Positions 38,524 to 48,893 are shown, counted from the first letter of the stretch. The stretch is 64,000 bases of DNA from Candidatus Latescibacterota bacterium (GCA_965197905.1 CBDAOB010000003.1:64001-128000); one strand, 5' to 3'. Numbers and translations: made by a program. The notes: generated by a model not told the origin, from the letters alone.

Positions 38524-38625
38524 ATGACACTGATAGTTCGCGAGAACGGACTGGGATTCGAAATCCTCGACGAAGAGCCGACAAGCAAAGCTATTGAGGC
38601 GCTCTACGACACCTTCTGTGATTGA
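38524..38625 (+). pseudogene. 33-aa mini-ORF, probable hollowed gene remnant
   Basis: MTLIVRENGLGFEILDEEPTSKAIEALYDTFCD*; protein-like composition in an intergenic gap. Confidence 0.35.
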
Positions 38626-38667
38626 GTGAGATATGCTCTAGCCGGTCCGACCAGCCGGGCTCGAGAG

Positions 38668-39672
38668 TCAGGCCAGATCTACGGCCTGGCCCTTTCTTAT
38701 CGATTCGTGGATCGCATCGATCGTTTTCATAGTGCCGACGCTGTGATCGGGTGTGATGCGGTGAGGGATCCCGCTGTCGAGGCAATCGCAGAGGTGGTCG
38801 AGCTGTAATACGAACGGATCGACCGGTTGAAACTCAAAACTTTCGGTGGCGTCTCGTGTCTGCACGAGCAGGCGAGTTTTCTGATTTTCGTTGTTGAAGG
38901 CCGGATCCACGCGAATTTCACCTTCAGTGCCAGCGATTTCGAGATATTGGGAGGGATGCTGCAGCCAGCTGAAAGTGAGCTGCGCCACCGCACCATTCGG
39001 AAAGTTTAATACCGCGGCAACGTCGAACTCCACCTCATCGCCGTAGGAAGCCGTGGCATAGACCCGTTCGGGATCGACCCCCGCCAAAGAGCGGGCGTGG
39101 TTAAGCACGTAACATCCCAAGTCATAAACGATTCCACCTCCTTTGTTGCGGTTATACCTCCAGCTTGCGGTCGGCGTACACCTTTCCACGGGGCGAGCGC
39201 TGGTAAAGGTTCCACGAATAGCGGTGAGCCGGCCGATAGCGCCGCCATCCAGAAGCTCCTTGGCTTTCAGATTCAGCGGGTGATGCAGCGATTTCAGGGC
39301 CTCTGCCAGGAGGACGCCATTATCCAGCGCGGTGGCGAACATCGCTTGACTATCCTGCGCCGATTGGCTGATCGGCTTTTCGCACAAAATTGCCTGCACA
39401 GATCCGCTTCGGGCGATCCGGTTGCTGACCTCGGCATGAAGCGGACCCCAGGTGCAGACGATGGCGATGTCCAGATCTTCGGATCGGAGCATCTCTTCCA
39501 GGTCGAGGTAGCCCCGCTTCAGCTCGAATTCAACCACGAACCGGTCGACAGCCTCCTGCGAGACGTCGCACGCAGCACACAGCTCGGCTTTTTGCGAATC
39601 AAACGCCGAGCGAGCGTGTATTCGGGAGATACCGCCTAAACCGACGATGCCAACCCGGTAGATAGCGCCCAC
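38668..39672 (-). CDS. Gfo/Idh/MocA oxidoreductase
   Basis: GIVGLGGI, CEKP, DLGCY. Confidence 0.88.
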   Translation of the reverse strand: MGAIYRVGIVGLGGISRIHARSAFDSQKAELCAACDVSQEAVDRFVVEFELKRGYLDLEEMLRSEDLDIAIVCTWGPLHAEVSNRIARSGSVQAILCEKPISQSAQDSQAMFATALDNGVLLAEALKSLHHPLNLKAKELLDGGAIGRLTAIRGTFTSARPVERCTPTASWRYNRNKGGGIVYDLGCYVLNHARSLAGVDPERVYATASYGDEVEFDVAAVLNFPNGAVAQLTFSWLQHPSQYLEIAGTEGEIRVDPAFNNENQKTRLLVQTRDATESFEFQPVDPFVLQLDHLCDCLDSGIPHRITPDHSVGTMKTIDAIHESIRKGQAVDLA

Positions 39673-39676
39673 CCTA

Positions 39677-40771
39677 CTACTTCCACTGGTCGAACGGATT
39701 CCTTCCGTCAGGCAGCGGAAGAGAGACTCGCGTCCCGGAGATGTGGGCGGCGTGGGCCATCATCGCCATCTCTGTATACAGCAAGGTATTCTCGCCCTGG
39801 ACCAGCTCGTACTCCGGGGTTTCCCCTTTGAGCATGGCAACCATCGAGCGGGCCATGCGATGATGAGCGCGAACCCACTTGTCATCGTCGGGTGGAGGTT
39901 CGGAGGGAATAATCTCCCAGCGATCGTCCCCAAATGGGGGCGGACTGGCTCGCGGGTGATAGAAGATATCGGGAGTGTTAGAAACCGGCCCGGGTAGAGA
40001 AAGAGAGCCCTCCGTGCCGAAAAGGTCAACGCGATAGGGGGTATCCTTGCTGTCACCCTCGTAGGATTCGAAATCTGCCGCAAAGCCGTTTTCGAAGGCG
40101 TAGTAGGCTTTGATGCCGTTGCCTGCCACTAATCCCATTCCCTCGATCCCCTGGAAGAGGTCGGCCGGCGTAACGCTGCGCCCATCCTTGGTGATATGAG
40201 CCTGGCACCAGAGCGGCGGACCGGCAATCTGCCAGAGAAAGTCGAAGAAGTGAGGATAGAGATCGAGGAAATACTGGTTCCCGCCTTTGGCGTAGCCATT
40301 CATGCCATATAACCGCGCCAAGCGTGGTGCCCCAATCTTCCCCGATTTTATCAACGGAATGGCAGTCTGTTGAATAGGCGGGTGTCCGCGCCAGGGATGG
40401 GCGAGGACGAGAAGGGAGCCATTCCGTTCGCAAGCGGCCATCATCTGGACTACCTCCTCAGGCGTCGCTGCGGCCGGTTTTTCCAGGTAGATATGGCCCC
40501 CTCGTTCGGCGACCTCGATCACGATGTCGCGATGATCGCCGACTTCGCGGGTGGCGACGACCGCGATGTCTGGCTTCTCCCGATCCAGCATCTCCCGGTA
40601 GTCGGCGTAACCCGTCTGTGCGCCGGTCCGTTCGAGGGCGCTGGCGCGGCCTGTGTCATCGGGATCGGCGAGCGCTACAACCGTGGTTTCCTCGACGCCT
40701 TCGAAGGATCGGTCCATAAAGTGGCCGTAGTTGCCCCGTCCCGTGTGCCCAATGATTGCAACCTTAAACAT
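39677..40771 (-). CDS. Gfo/Idh/MocA oxidoreductase
   Basis: IGHTGRGNYGH, YLEKP, DLYPH. Confidence 0.86.
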   Translation of the reverse strand: MFKVAIIGHTGRGNYGHFMDRSFEGVEETTVVALADPDDTGRASALERTGAQTGYADYREMLDREKPDIAVVATREVGDHRDIVIEVAERGGHIYLEKPAAATPEEVVQMMAACERNGSLLVLAHPWRGHPPIQQTAIPLIKSGKIGAPRLARLYGMNGYAKGGNQYFLDLYPHFFDFLWQIAGPPLWCQAHITKDGRSVTPADLFQGIEGMGLVAGNGIKAYYAFENGFAADFESYEGDSKDTPYRVDLFGTEGSLSLPGPVSNTPDIFYHPRASPPPFGDDRWEIIPSEPPPDDDKWVRAHHRMARSMVAMLKGETPEYELVQGENTLLYTEMAMMAHAAHISGTRVSLPLPDGRNPFDQWK

Positions 40772-40952
40772 TTTCTGGAGTCCAATCTCATGCGGTTTGA
40801 TCGATTGCGGTGCTCGACGGCAGCTTCTACGTTATCATACAATGCAATTCTTTATACGCAACAACCGGGAATAATTTACACCTGCCACCCCAACGACCTC
40901 GGCCTCAGTTGGAGCGAGTGACCATCGCGCCGGAGGGGACGCCGCTTCGTCC

Positions 40953-41789
40953 GTGACCCTCCTCGTCCTCGCCATTCTCACCTCTTTCACCTTCGGACAG
41001 CTGTGGAAGTGGTCGCAGCGCCAGGGCTGCTACGCGCCGCTCGTGGTGACGGTCAACTATCTCGTTGTGGCCCTGTTGGCCGCCATTTATCTGCTGTCTC
41101 AGGGAGGCATCGAGCTATCCCCGACCGTATGGAAGGTCGGGATAGTGACGGGCTGCACCTTCATCGTTGCCATGTGCCTGATGACGTGGGCGCTGACGGT
41201 ATCCGATATGGCGACCATCCTCACAGCTTTCCGCCTCTCCATCGTCGTCCCTATCGTCGCTTCCGTAGTCCTGTGGCAGGAAGAGGTGACCCTAAGTCAG
41301 CTCGTCGGCATCGCCCTGGCGCTTTCAGCCTTGCTGCTGATGAGCGGCGGGGCCCGGGCCATCACCGGTGGAGCCCTGTTTCGGCACGGAGGCCTGGCCC
41401 TCGCCGTGTGCTCGATGCAGGGCGTCAGCCACACCAGCGCCCGCTGGGTCCACCATGCCGGGCTCGACGATCGTCATATGGAGGTGCTGCTGGTGACCGC
41501 CGCCACCGCCGGCCTTTTCGGCGCCGTCGCCCTCATAATCCTGCGGCGGCCAGTCGACGGGCCCAGTTGGCGCATGGGTGTCGGCATTGGTGTCTTCAAC
41601 GTCGCCGCCCTGGCGGTCTTTCTAGCCGCACTGGCGCGTTTCCAGAGTGCCCAGTTCTTCCCCGTCTCCGGATGCGCCATCGTCATCATGGACAACATCT
41701 TCGCGCACGTGGTCTGGCGAGAGCGGCTCTCCGTTATAACCGCGATCGGTGCCGTCATCGGCGCCGGATCGATATTGCTCGTGCTTTGA
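40953..41789 (+). CDS. EamA/DMT family transporter
   Basis: About 10 hydrophobic segments with an internal repeat (LWQEEVT / VWRERLS). Confidence 0.82.
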   Translation: MTLLVLAILTSFTFGQLWKWSQRQGCYAPLVVTVNYLVVALLAAIYLLSQGGIELSPTVWKVGIVTGCTFIVAMCLMTWALTVSDMATILTAFRLSIVVPIVASVVLWQEEVTLSQLVGIALALSALLLMSGGARAITGGALFRHGGLALAVCSMQGVSHTSARWVHHAGLDDRHMEVLLVTAATAGLFGAVALIILRRPVDGPSWRMGVGIGVFNVAALAVFLAALARFQSAQFFPVSGCAIVIMDNIFAHVVWRERLSVITAIGAVIGAGSILLVL

Positions 41790-41792
41790 CTA

Positions 41793-41940
41793 CAGGGCTC
41801 TGTTCAACATCTATCCCTGTATTTCGCCGTCGATGCATCCCGGCTGGCCGCGTTTCGTTCGCTCGCCATATTCCACCAATATGGCTCGCTCGCGCGCCTC
41901 GACACCAAAATCTCAAGGCTTTCTATTGAACAGAGCACTG
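41793..41940. repeat. MITE-like element, divergent relative (148 bp)
   Basis: TIR CAGGGCTCTGTTCAA...TTGAACAGAGCACTG; core GCGTTTCGTTCGCTCGCCATATTCCACCAATATGGCTCGCTCGCGCGCCT resembles copies A/B. Confidence 0.7.
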
Positions 41941-41947
41941 TGGAGAT

Positions 41948-42673
41948 TCAGCCAGAATCGCTGAGATGGGTCACATGTTTGCCGGCTGGCGGCTCGAAGC
42001 GCGCTGAGTGGGCTCCGACGAAATGACATATGAAGCTTCGCCGCCAGCGATCGGCGGTGAGATTGTTTGAGGATCCGTGAATCGTCTTGCCGTGAAAATA
42101 GAGGGTATCACCCGGTTGCATGTCCAGACCGAGTCCATGGGAGCCTGCAGGCATGACGGTCTGAACCTTGGTAAAGGAGACAGTGGTATCGGCTGCTTCC
42201 ACTTCCAGCAGACCCAGCTTGTGTGAACCGGGAACGACGACCATCTGTCCTACCGCCTCATCAGATAGATCGAGTGAGACCCAGACTCCAATCAGCGGTT
42301 CGATTGGAATATATTGCTGATCCTGGTGTAGGGCCTGCCCATAACCACCGGGGGGTTTGAAGTAGAGCATGGTCTGCTCGAGCACCGGCCCATCTTCGAT
42401 CAGCTGCGCGACGGATTCCAACATGCTGGCACTCCTGGACCACTGTTCGGTCTGCTCATCCCAGTTCTGCATGTTGATCATGCGAGGGTACTGATGATTG
42501 GAATCTTCGGGGTGTTCCTTCAAGCCTGCGTGGTCGCCTGGCTTGGGACCTTCGACACGCATGCGCATGTAATGCTCCATCATCAGCCGCGCGGTGTCCA
42601 CCTCGAACAGGCCCGACTCGACCACGTAACCTACGTCGTTGTACTGGGCGACCTGCTGGCGGGTTAGAGGCAT
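41948..42673 (-). CDS. Phytanoyl-CoA dioxygenase family protein
   Basis: YFKPPG, LHQDQ, VPGSH, TIHGS; start reassigned to ATG 42673. Confidence 0.87.
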   Translation of the reverse strand: MPLTRQQVAQYNDVGYVVESGLFEVDTARLMMEHYMRMRVEGPKPGDHAGLKEHPEDSNHQYPRMINMQNWDEQTEQWSRSASMLESVAQLIEDGPVLEQTMLYFKPPGGYGQALHQDQQYIPIEPLIGVWVSLDLSDEAVGQMVVVPGSHKLGLLEVEAADTTVSFTKVQTVMPAGSHGLGLDMQPGDTLYFHGKTIHGSSNNLTADRWRRSFICHFVGAHSARFEPPAGKHVTHLSDSG

Positions 42674-42680
42674 AACGCTC

Positions 42681-43811
42681 TCAGAAGAACCAGTACTGGC
42701 CGTGCTCGGCGAATCGCTCTTTTGCCACCTGCACGGCGTCGGCGTCCAGGTCGAATCCGAGACCGGGCCGTTCCGACACATCGAGTTGCCCTCGGTTTGG
42801 CACCAGCGGTGGTGAAGCGACCAGGTCGCGCTCGAGCAGCTGACACATAATCTGGTTTCCGTCGTCGAGATTGCGGATCGTCGCCGCGACCTGATTTGCG
42901 GCGCAGGTAGTGATACCGGTCTCATGGACGACGCCGTGTATGCACACGTTCAGTCCGGCGGCTTCGGCGATCGCAGCGGCCTTCTTGAAACCCAGGAGAC
43001 CACCGGTTTCATGGGGTCCGATGACGATCAGATCGGCGGCCTGGCGACGGCACACCTCGTAAACATCACCAAGTGTCAGCACACTCTGGTCCGCCGCGAT
43101 CGGTACGTCGACCGAGCTTTTTACCTGACGCAAAGCTTCGATGCTGTCATTGAGTGTTGGCTGCTCGACAAACTCCGGCTCGTACTTCTGTAGCTTGCGA
43201 ATCATCCGGACCGCGGTGACCGGATCCCAGGCTTCGTTGGCGTCGAGTCGCAAACGCCGGTCGCCTATCACCTGGCGAACCGCGGCCACATTCGGCAGAT
43301 CGGCCTCCTCGCCGCGGCCAACCTTCATGTAGAAAACCTCAAACCCTGCATCCACTGCCTGCATAGCGGAGTGCGCGAGCTGTTCGGCGTTGTCGCCCTG
43401 AGGAAAGGCAAAGTATGAAATCTGGCGATGCACGGCGCCACCCAGCAGCCGATGCACCGGCTGTTGGCACGATTTGCCGATAGCGTCCCACAGCGCCATT
43501 TCGAGGCCGGACCAAAACCGATTGCGAAAGCGGCAGGTCACATTTAGAAAGGTCGCACTGCTGGCGCGCTGGAAGAGACGCTCTATATCGAACACCGGTT
43601 CGCCAACGAACAACGGAGCGAGTGCTTCGTAGGTTTTCTGCAGCCCTTCCACGGCAATGAAACCGCAGGTTTCACCAACACCGACTATGTTCGCATCGGT
43701 TTCGACCTCCACGAGCATCGACGTAGCGCCGCGTCCCGTAGCCGAGCTCATGAAATATTGCTGATGGTAGGGTAGGGCGAGGGGTGTGGTGCGAATCGCG
43801 GTGATTTTCAT
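42681..43811 (-). CDS. Mandelate racemase/muconate lactonizing enzyme family protein
   Basis: EMALWD, LDANE, VEQP, ADQS, PGLG. Confidence 0.9.
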   Translation of the reverse strand: MKITAIRTTPLALPYHQQYFMSSATGRGATSMLVEVETDANIVGVGETCGFIAVEGLQKTYEALAPLFVGEPVFDIERLFQRASSATFLNVTCRFRNRFWSGLEMALWDAIGKSCQQPVHRLLGGAVHRQISYFAFPQGDNAEQLAHSAMQAVDAGFEVFYMKVGRGEEADLPNVAAVRQVIGDRRLRLDANEAWDPVTAVRMIRKLQKYEPEFVEQPTLNDSIEALRQVKSSVDVPIAADQSVLTLGDVYEVCRRQAADLIVIGPHETGGLLGFKKAAAIAEAAGLNVCIHGVVHETGITTCAANQVAATIRNLDDGNQIMCQLLERDLVASPPLVPNRGQLDVSERPGLGFDLDADAVQVAKERFAEHGQYWFF

Positions 43812-44074
43812 GATTCCAGGCGGTTAGAGGACTGGCCAGTTGCCGCGGGTTAGCTTTACGGAGTGGCACCTTGCCGACTCATCAGTTCGCGCCGATCTTG
43901 TCGCGTTTTGCGAACAGGCGGCTAAAAAATTATGGACCAGAAGGCGTTGGTCAAGCGGAGCGTCGAGCTCTCTTGCCCCTGATTTCGGAGGCGCCTATCA
44001 TACGAACGTTCGGCCCTCGGCGGCTTTCGCGCCGGTCAGACAACAGATTGCAATTTTATAAAAGGAGCGCACCA

Positions 44075-45235
44075 GTGGCAGATCCCCGTATCACCCAGCT
44101 CGAAACCATTTCGTTCAGCTACGAGAAACGCAACCTCGGTACCGATTATCATGGATTCAATCTTGTCTACGAAGAAGGTGCCGTGCAAACAGCCGGCGGT
44201 ACCATACTGCTGGTGCACACGGACGCCGGTGTAACGGGATGCTCTCCGTTCTTGTCGACGCTTGACGAGGCCGTGTTGCCGCGCGTCTGGCCGTTCCTGA
44301 AGGGACGGAACGCCCTGGAGCGCGAGTTCATCTACGACGAGATCGAGCGCGCCCAGCGACAGCAAGCACGCATTGGAGTAGCGGCAATCGATGTGGCGTT
44401 GTGGGATCTGGCCGGGCGTCTGTTCGAGCAGCCAATCTACCGCCTGCTTGGCGGCTGGAAACAATCCGTACCCTGCTACGCCTCCACCTACCATGGCGAC
44501 GAGAACGGCGGGCTCGACAGCCCGGAGGCGTATGCGGAGTTTGCAGTTGAGTGCAAGGAGATGGGCTACCCGGCCTTCAAGATCCACGGTTGGGGCAACG
44601 CTCCGGTGCGACGGGAGGTCGAAAACGTTCTGGCTGTGCGTCGGGCAGTGGGTGACGACATGGATCTCATGCTCGACCCCGCGTGTGAGCTGCGGACGTT
44701 CGGTGATGCGGTCAAGGTTGGGCGCGCCTGCGACGACGCGCGCTTCTATTGGTACGAGGATCCTTTCCGAGACGGCGGTATTTCCCAGTTCGCGCACCGC
44801 AAGCTACGGCAACTCATCCGCACACCGCTGTTGCAGACCGAGCATGTCCGCACCTTGGAGCCGCACATCGATTTCGTCCTGGCCGACGCCACCGACTTTG
44901 TCCGAGGTGATATCGGCTACGACGGCATCACCGGTGTCATGAAGCTCGCTCACGCCGCCGAAGCCCTCGGCATCGATATCGAATTCCACGGTCCCGGGCC
45001 GGACAAGCGGCAATGCATGGCGGCGATCCGCAACACCAATTATTACGAGCTTGGTTTGGTGCATCCAAAGACGCCCGCCAGCAACATGCATGGACTTTAC
45101 GTGGACTACTCGGACGCCCTGGATGCGATCGATGAGCGCGGGCACGTCCCGATACCGAACGGTCCGGGCCTCGGGGTAGATATCGACTGGGATTGGCTGA
45201 AGGCACACGAGACCGGCCGTCGGGTTCTCGATTGA
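44075..45235 (+). CDS. Mandelate racemase family dehydratase
   Basis: DVALWDL, FKIH, LMLDP, WYEDP, PGLG; GTG start after AAAGGAG. Confidence 0.88.
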   Translation: MADPRITQLETISFSYEKRNLGTDYHGFNLVYEEGAVQTAGGTILLVHTDAGVTGCSPFLSTLDEAVLPRVWPFLKGRNALEREFIYDEIERAQRQQARIGVAAIDVALWDLAGRLFEQPIYRLLGGWKQSVPCYASTYHGDENGGLDSPEAYAEFAVECKEMGYPAFKIHGWGNAPVRREVENVLAVRRAVGDDMDLMLDPACELRTFGDAVKVGRACDDARFYWYEDPFRDGGISQFAHRKLRQLIRTPLLQTEHVRTLEPHIDFVLADATDFVRGDIGYDGITGVMKLAHAAEALGIDIEFHGPGPDKRQCMAAIRNTNYYELGLVHPKTPASNMHGLYVDYSDALDAIDERGHVPIPNGPGLGVDIDWDWLKAHETGRRVLD

Positions 45236-45239
45236 GGCC

Positions 45240-46163
45240 ATGACCGAATTCACTTGGTACCAGAACGGGGACTGGATCCCCCAGAGCGAGTTCACGCTGG
45301 ACCCAGACGACCGCGGTCCAAGGTTGGGCGACCAGGTAGTGGACGTGGAGAGAACATTCGGCGGCAAGGGCTTCAAGCTCAAAGAGCACATAGACCGGCT
45401 CTATAAGTCTCTCGCGCATGTGCGCATCGATCCGGGGCTCTCCCCCGAAGCGATGCTCGCGATCACCGAGGAAGGGATTCGCCGGAACTGGACCCTGGTT
45501 GCGGATGGGAGCGATCTGAGGATTACCCAGCTCGTAACGCGGGGCCCGGGCTCGGGGAGGGCGTGGGCGGCAGGACCTCCGAATGTATACGTCAAGTTTG
45601 GCGAGAACAACATGGCCAACTGGGCCCACCATTATGACGAGGGCGTGCACGGAGTGATCACCAAAATCCGCAGCTATGACCCCGACAGCATCGATCCCAA
45701 GGTCAAGCACCAGAGTCGGATCAACATGGCACTGGCAGAGCTCGAGGCCAACGACATGGATCCGGGCGCCTGGCCGATCCTGTCGGACAAGGACGGCAAT
45801 CTCACCGAAGGGTCGGGTTATAACCTCTTTATGGTTGAGGGAGGTGCCCTCCGCACCCCGACGGACCGCGCCACACTGGCCGGCATATCCCGTGACACGG
45901 TTATCGAGCTGGCCGGGACGCTGGGGATATGTGCCACCGAAGAGGATCTCCAGCCGTACGATCTCTACACGGCTGACGAGGCGTTCTTTTGCAGCACTCC
46001 TTTTGCGATCTTCCCCGTGCCTCAGGTGGACCGCCGCAACATCGGCGGCGGAAACCCCGGCCCGGTAACGCAGCGGCTCCTGGCGGTGTGGAGCGAGTTG
46101 GTCGGCGTTGACATTGCCGAGCAGGCCAGGCAGCAGGCTCTGCGGGCCGCGACGGTCCGTTGA
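45240..46163 (+). CDS. Class IV PLP-dependent aminotransferase family protein
   Basis: EHIDRL, KVKHQSR (PLP Lys), EGSGYNLF, LAGISR, ADEAFF. Confidence 0.88.
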   Translation: MTEFTWYQNGDWIPQSEFTLDPDDRGPRLGDQVVDVERTFGGKGFKLKEHIDRLYKSLAHVRIDPGLSPEAMLAITEEGIRRNWTLVADGSDLRITQLVTRGPGSGRAWAAGPPNVYVKFGENNMANWAHHYDEGVHGVITKIRSYDPDSIDPKVKHQSRINMALAELEANDMDPGAWPILSDKDGNLTEGSGYNLFMVEGGALRTPTDRATLAGISRDTVIELAGTLGICATEEDLQPYDLYTADEAFFCSTPFAIFPVPQVDRRNIGGGNPGPVTQRLLAVWSELVGVDIAEQARQQALRAATVR

Positions 46164-46211
46164 GCCATCGACGGGATTCGCAACGCATGCCACGTTTGCC
46201 AGAGCCAGCAC

Positions 46212-47015
46212 TCACAATCCCTGAATCCACGCCGCATTCTCCGCCAATTCTCGCACATCCTGCGGCCGGCTTATTTCGTACATGAATACTCCGTCATAGC
46301 CGATGTCGCCCAGCGCCCGGTTCACTTCTTGCCAGGCGATGTTTCCACGTCCGGGCAGCAGATGCTCGTCCAGCTCACCGTGATTGTCGTGCAGGTGGAG
46401 TGTAATCAGATGCTCCCCGATCGCCCGCAGCGCCGCAGCCGGGTCACCCGCAAGGTTGCGGTGGCCAACGTCGATCACCACGCCTACGTTTGGCGCCCCG
46501 AGAGCCTCCATGAGCGAGAGGAGACGTTCCGGCTCGCAGGTATAACCTCCTTTGCCCATGTTTTCCAGCGCCAGCCGCACGCCAGCCGCAGCCGCGTACT
46601 CGGCTACCTCCCCCACGTTCTGCACAAAAGCAGCCAGCTTTTCGGGTCCTTCCTCTTCATCCGGCTCGGGGATGGCTATATCGTGAGTCACGAGGATACA
46701 ACCCCCTAGCTCGGCGGCCAGGTCCACCGCCTGCTTGTGATCCGCAAGCGCCTTGTCGCGCTGGGTCAGATCGAGGTTCGCCAGATCGCTTGCTGGATCG
46801 CGATGCTTCATGTGGATATGGATAGAGTTGAGGTGAAAACCCATGTCGCGTAGCGCCCGCTGGAGGAAGGCGCGAAAGTCAGGGTCTTCGTACGCGAAGT
46901 TGGGGTGATAGTCGCACAGCTCCAGCGACTCGATACCCTCTACGCGAAACCTCTCCAACACCTCGCTGGTCAGAGGCTCCTGCTTGAACGGAATGGTCGA
47001 AGCGCCGAGTCTCAT
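46212..47015 (-). CDS. Sugar phosphate isomerase/epimerase
   Basis: ALENM, IDVGH, LHLHDN, DEHLLPG, MYE. Confidence 0.88.
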   Translation of the reverse strand: MRLGASTIPFKQEPLTSEVLERFRVEGIESLELCDYHPNFAYEDPDFRAFLQRALRDMGFHLNSIHIHMKHRDPASDLANLDLTQRDKALADHKQAVDLAAELGGCILVTHDIAIPEPDEEEGPEKLAAFVQNVGEVAEYAAAAGVRLALENMGKGGYTCEPERLLSLMEALGAPNVGVVIDVGHRNLAGDPAAALRAIGEHLITLHLHDNHGELDEHLLPGRGNIAWQEVNRALGDIGYDGVFMYEISRPQDVRELAENAAWIQGL

Positions 47016-47017
47016 AC

Positions 47018-47812
47018 CTAGTTCAGATCGATGGTCATACCATCGTCCGCGATAAAAACACGGTCGCCAACGATAGCCCGCGCTTTTTTGTATTCACCTT
47101 CGGCGTCTGCAAGGATCGCTCGACCATGATGAAAGAATCCCAAGCGCCCGAACGGCGCATTGTTGTCCATCAAATAGGAACACACCTCATCAACCTGATG
47201 GTGGCCGGTTTCCATGATAAAAAGGTCGCAGCCTTCGTCAATGAGTGGCATGGCTTCGCTAACGTGTTTGATGTCGCCTGAGGAGACGATCGATCTGCGG
47301 GCAGTTTCAATGCGGAAGGAAAAGGATTGCCATGGGTGCCCAGTGGTTGGGTCACTCAGGTGTCCGTTGTGCAGTGCGGTGACTTTCAAACCTTCGATAT
47401 CAACGATGGTCCCATCTACATAGGTCTGTGCGTCGGGTTCAAAGGGTAGGATGAGTGTGTCGGCCGGCCCCTGGAGCACATCGAGAGCACCCTGCCACAC
47501 GCGAAGACTGGGAATGCGAACGGGAAAGGTGCCGCCGGCAATGCTGCGGGCAGGATCGTCATTGCGGCTTTCGAGTTTCCGAAGGGTGCCCAACAGATTG
47601 ACCAGGCCTCCCACATGATCGAGATGGCAATGCGAAATGCAAAGTGAGCGAATGGCGAGGAGGTCGATGCCCATTAGGTGTGCGTTGTAGGAACATCCTT
47701 CGCCGGCGTCAAACCAGTAAACACCGCCACCGTGTTCGATGACATAAGATGTATGAAAGCGATCCGGCATCGGCTCGGTGCCGCTGCAGCTGCCGAGAAA
47801 CGTGAGTTTCAA
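47018..47812 (-). CDS. MBL-fold hydrolase (RNase Z-like)
   Basis: FLGSCSG, FDAGEG, SHCHLDH, SGDI. Confidence 0.82.
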   Translation of the reverse strand: MKLTFLGSCSGTEPMPDRFHTSYVIEHGGGVYWFDAGEGCSYNAHLMGIDLLAIRSLCISHCHLDHVGGLVNLLGTLRKLESRNDDPARSIAGGTFPVRIPSLRVWQGALDVLQGPADTLILPFEPDAQTYVDGTIVDIEGLKVTALHNGHLSDPTTGHPWQSFSFRIETARRSIVSSGDIKHVSEAMPLIDEGCDLFIMETGHHQVDEVCSYLMDNNAPFGRLGFFHHGRAILADAEGEYKKARAIVGDRVFIADDGMTIDLN

Positions 47813-47939
47813 TGGGTCCTCCCGTGATAATACCTAGACAGCTGACCGCTATTCCATTGACCGGGCACAGATATCGCGGTATTTGACCTGACCGACACCG
47901 AACTTATAATGGGCGTCAACCCAGGCAAGGGGCGAAGGA

Positions 47940-48893
47940 ATGACTTCACACAACTTCAAGCTCGGCATGTCTCTCCCCGAGCCGCAGCTGCCGTTCGAAA
48001 AGGCCCTGGATCTGGCCGCGGAGCTGGGGGTCAAGTACATCTGGCACTTGTGCAACGGCGAGCTCAACGGAATGGCCGGGGACAAAGCCATCGTTGACAT
48101 GACGGAGGCCGAGATCGACGCCATGCAAGCGCAGCTGAAATCCCGCGACCAGGAGTTCTTTCTGCTGCTGAACAGGCCCCATTTCAAGGGTATCTACCTG
48201 GCGGATTTCGACCTGGACAACATGGAAGAGCACCCGACATTCAAGCGGGACTTTGACGAGCTGAAACGTACCATGGAAGTCGCTGCCTACCTGGGCGTTC
48301 CCGCCGTCAATGCCTTTTCCTTTCTGTGGCCTGGCGAGCTGGCTGGCAAGCAGACCTGGCCGATGCGCTGGATGACGCGCGGGGGTATCATATCAGATCT
48401 GGACATGGACAAGCTGGTAAAGGCGTTCTCGCTGGTAATGGAACAGGCCGAGCGCCACAACGTCGATGTTGCTCTCGGGATGATGCCGTGGAACTATACC
48501 AACACAACCGGCAACTTCCGTCGCGTCGCCGAGCGTGTCGGCTCCCGCCGCATGAAGGTGATGTGGGGTCCGGCCGACAACACCAACTGTGGCGAAAACG
48601 ACACCGCTACCGCCGGTTTCAAGAATATTCGTCCCTATCTCTACGGATTGCACATCAAGGACCTGCGCGTAAACGACGGTCTAAGCCTCGATTTCGAATA
48701 TTGTCCATTCGGGGAAGGGGACACCGACTACCTGACCGTTTTCCGCAATCTGCGAGACCACGATTGCGACGTCTTCGTCTCCATAGCGAGCCATTTCCAA
48801 CCACCCGGAGGCACTAACGTGGATGCCATACGCATCAACGCGGCCAATATCAAGAAACTGATCAAGCAGGTAGAGGAAGAGAAGCCGCAGTGA
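47940..48893 (+). CDS. Xylose-isomerase-like TIM barrel, atypical (paralogue of 616-1560)
   Basis: WPGE..TW, PWNYTNT, LHIKD, GEGDTDY, ASHF.PPGGT. Confidence 0.82.
   Translation: MTSHNFKLGMSLPEPQLPFEKALDLAAELGVKYIWHLCNGELNGMAGDKAIVDMTEAEIDAMQAQLKSRDQEFFLLLNRPHFKGIYLADFDLDNMEEHPTFKRDFDELKRTMEVAAYLGVPAVNAFSFLWPGELAGKQTWPMRWMTRGGIISDLDMDKLVKAFSLVMEQAERHNVDVALGMMPWNYTNTTGNFRRVAERVGSRRMKVMWGPADNTNCGENDTATAGFKNIRPYLYGLHIKDLRVNDGLSLDFEYCPFGEGDTDYLTVFRNLRDHDCDVFVSIASHFQPPGGTNVDAIRINAANIKKLIKQVEEEKPQ

Noticed and set aside
43812..44074. Riboswitch/ncRNA in the divergent intergenic region (also 29477-29721 and 59380-59836)
   Set aside because: Some hairpins are present but no recognisable aptamer consensus; would need an Rfam/Infernal scan
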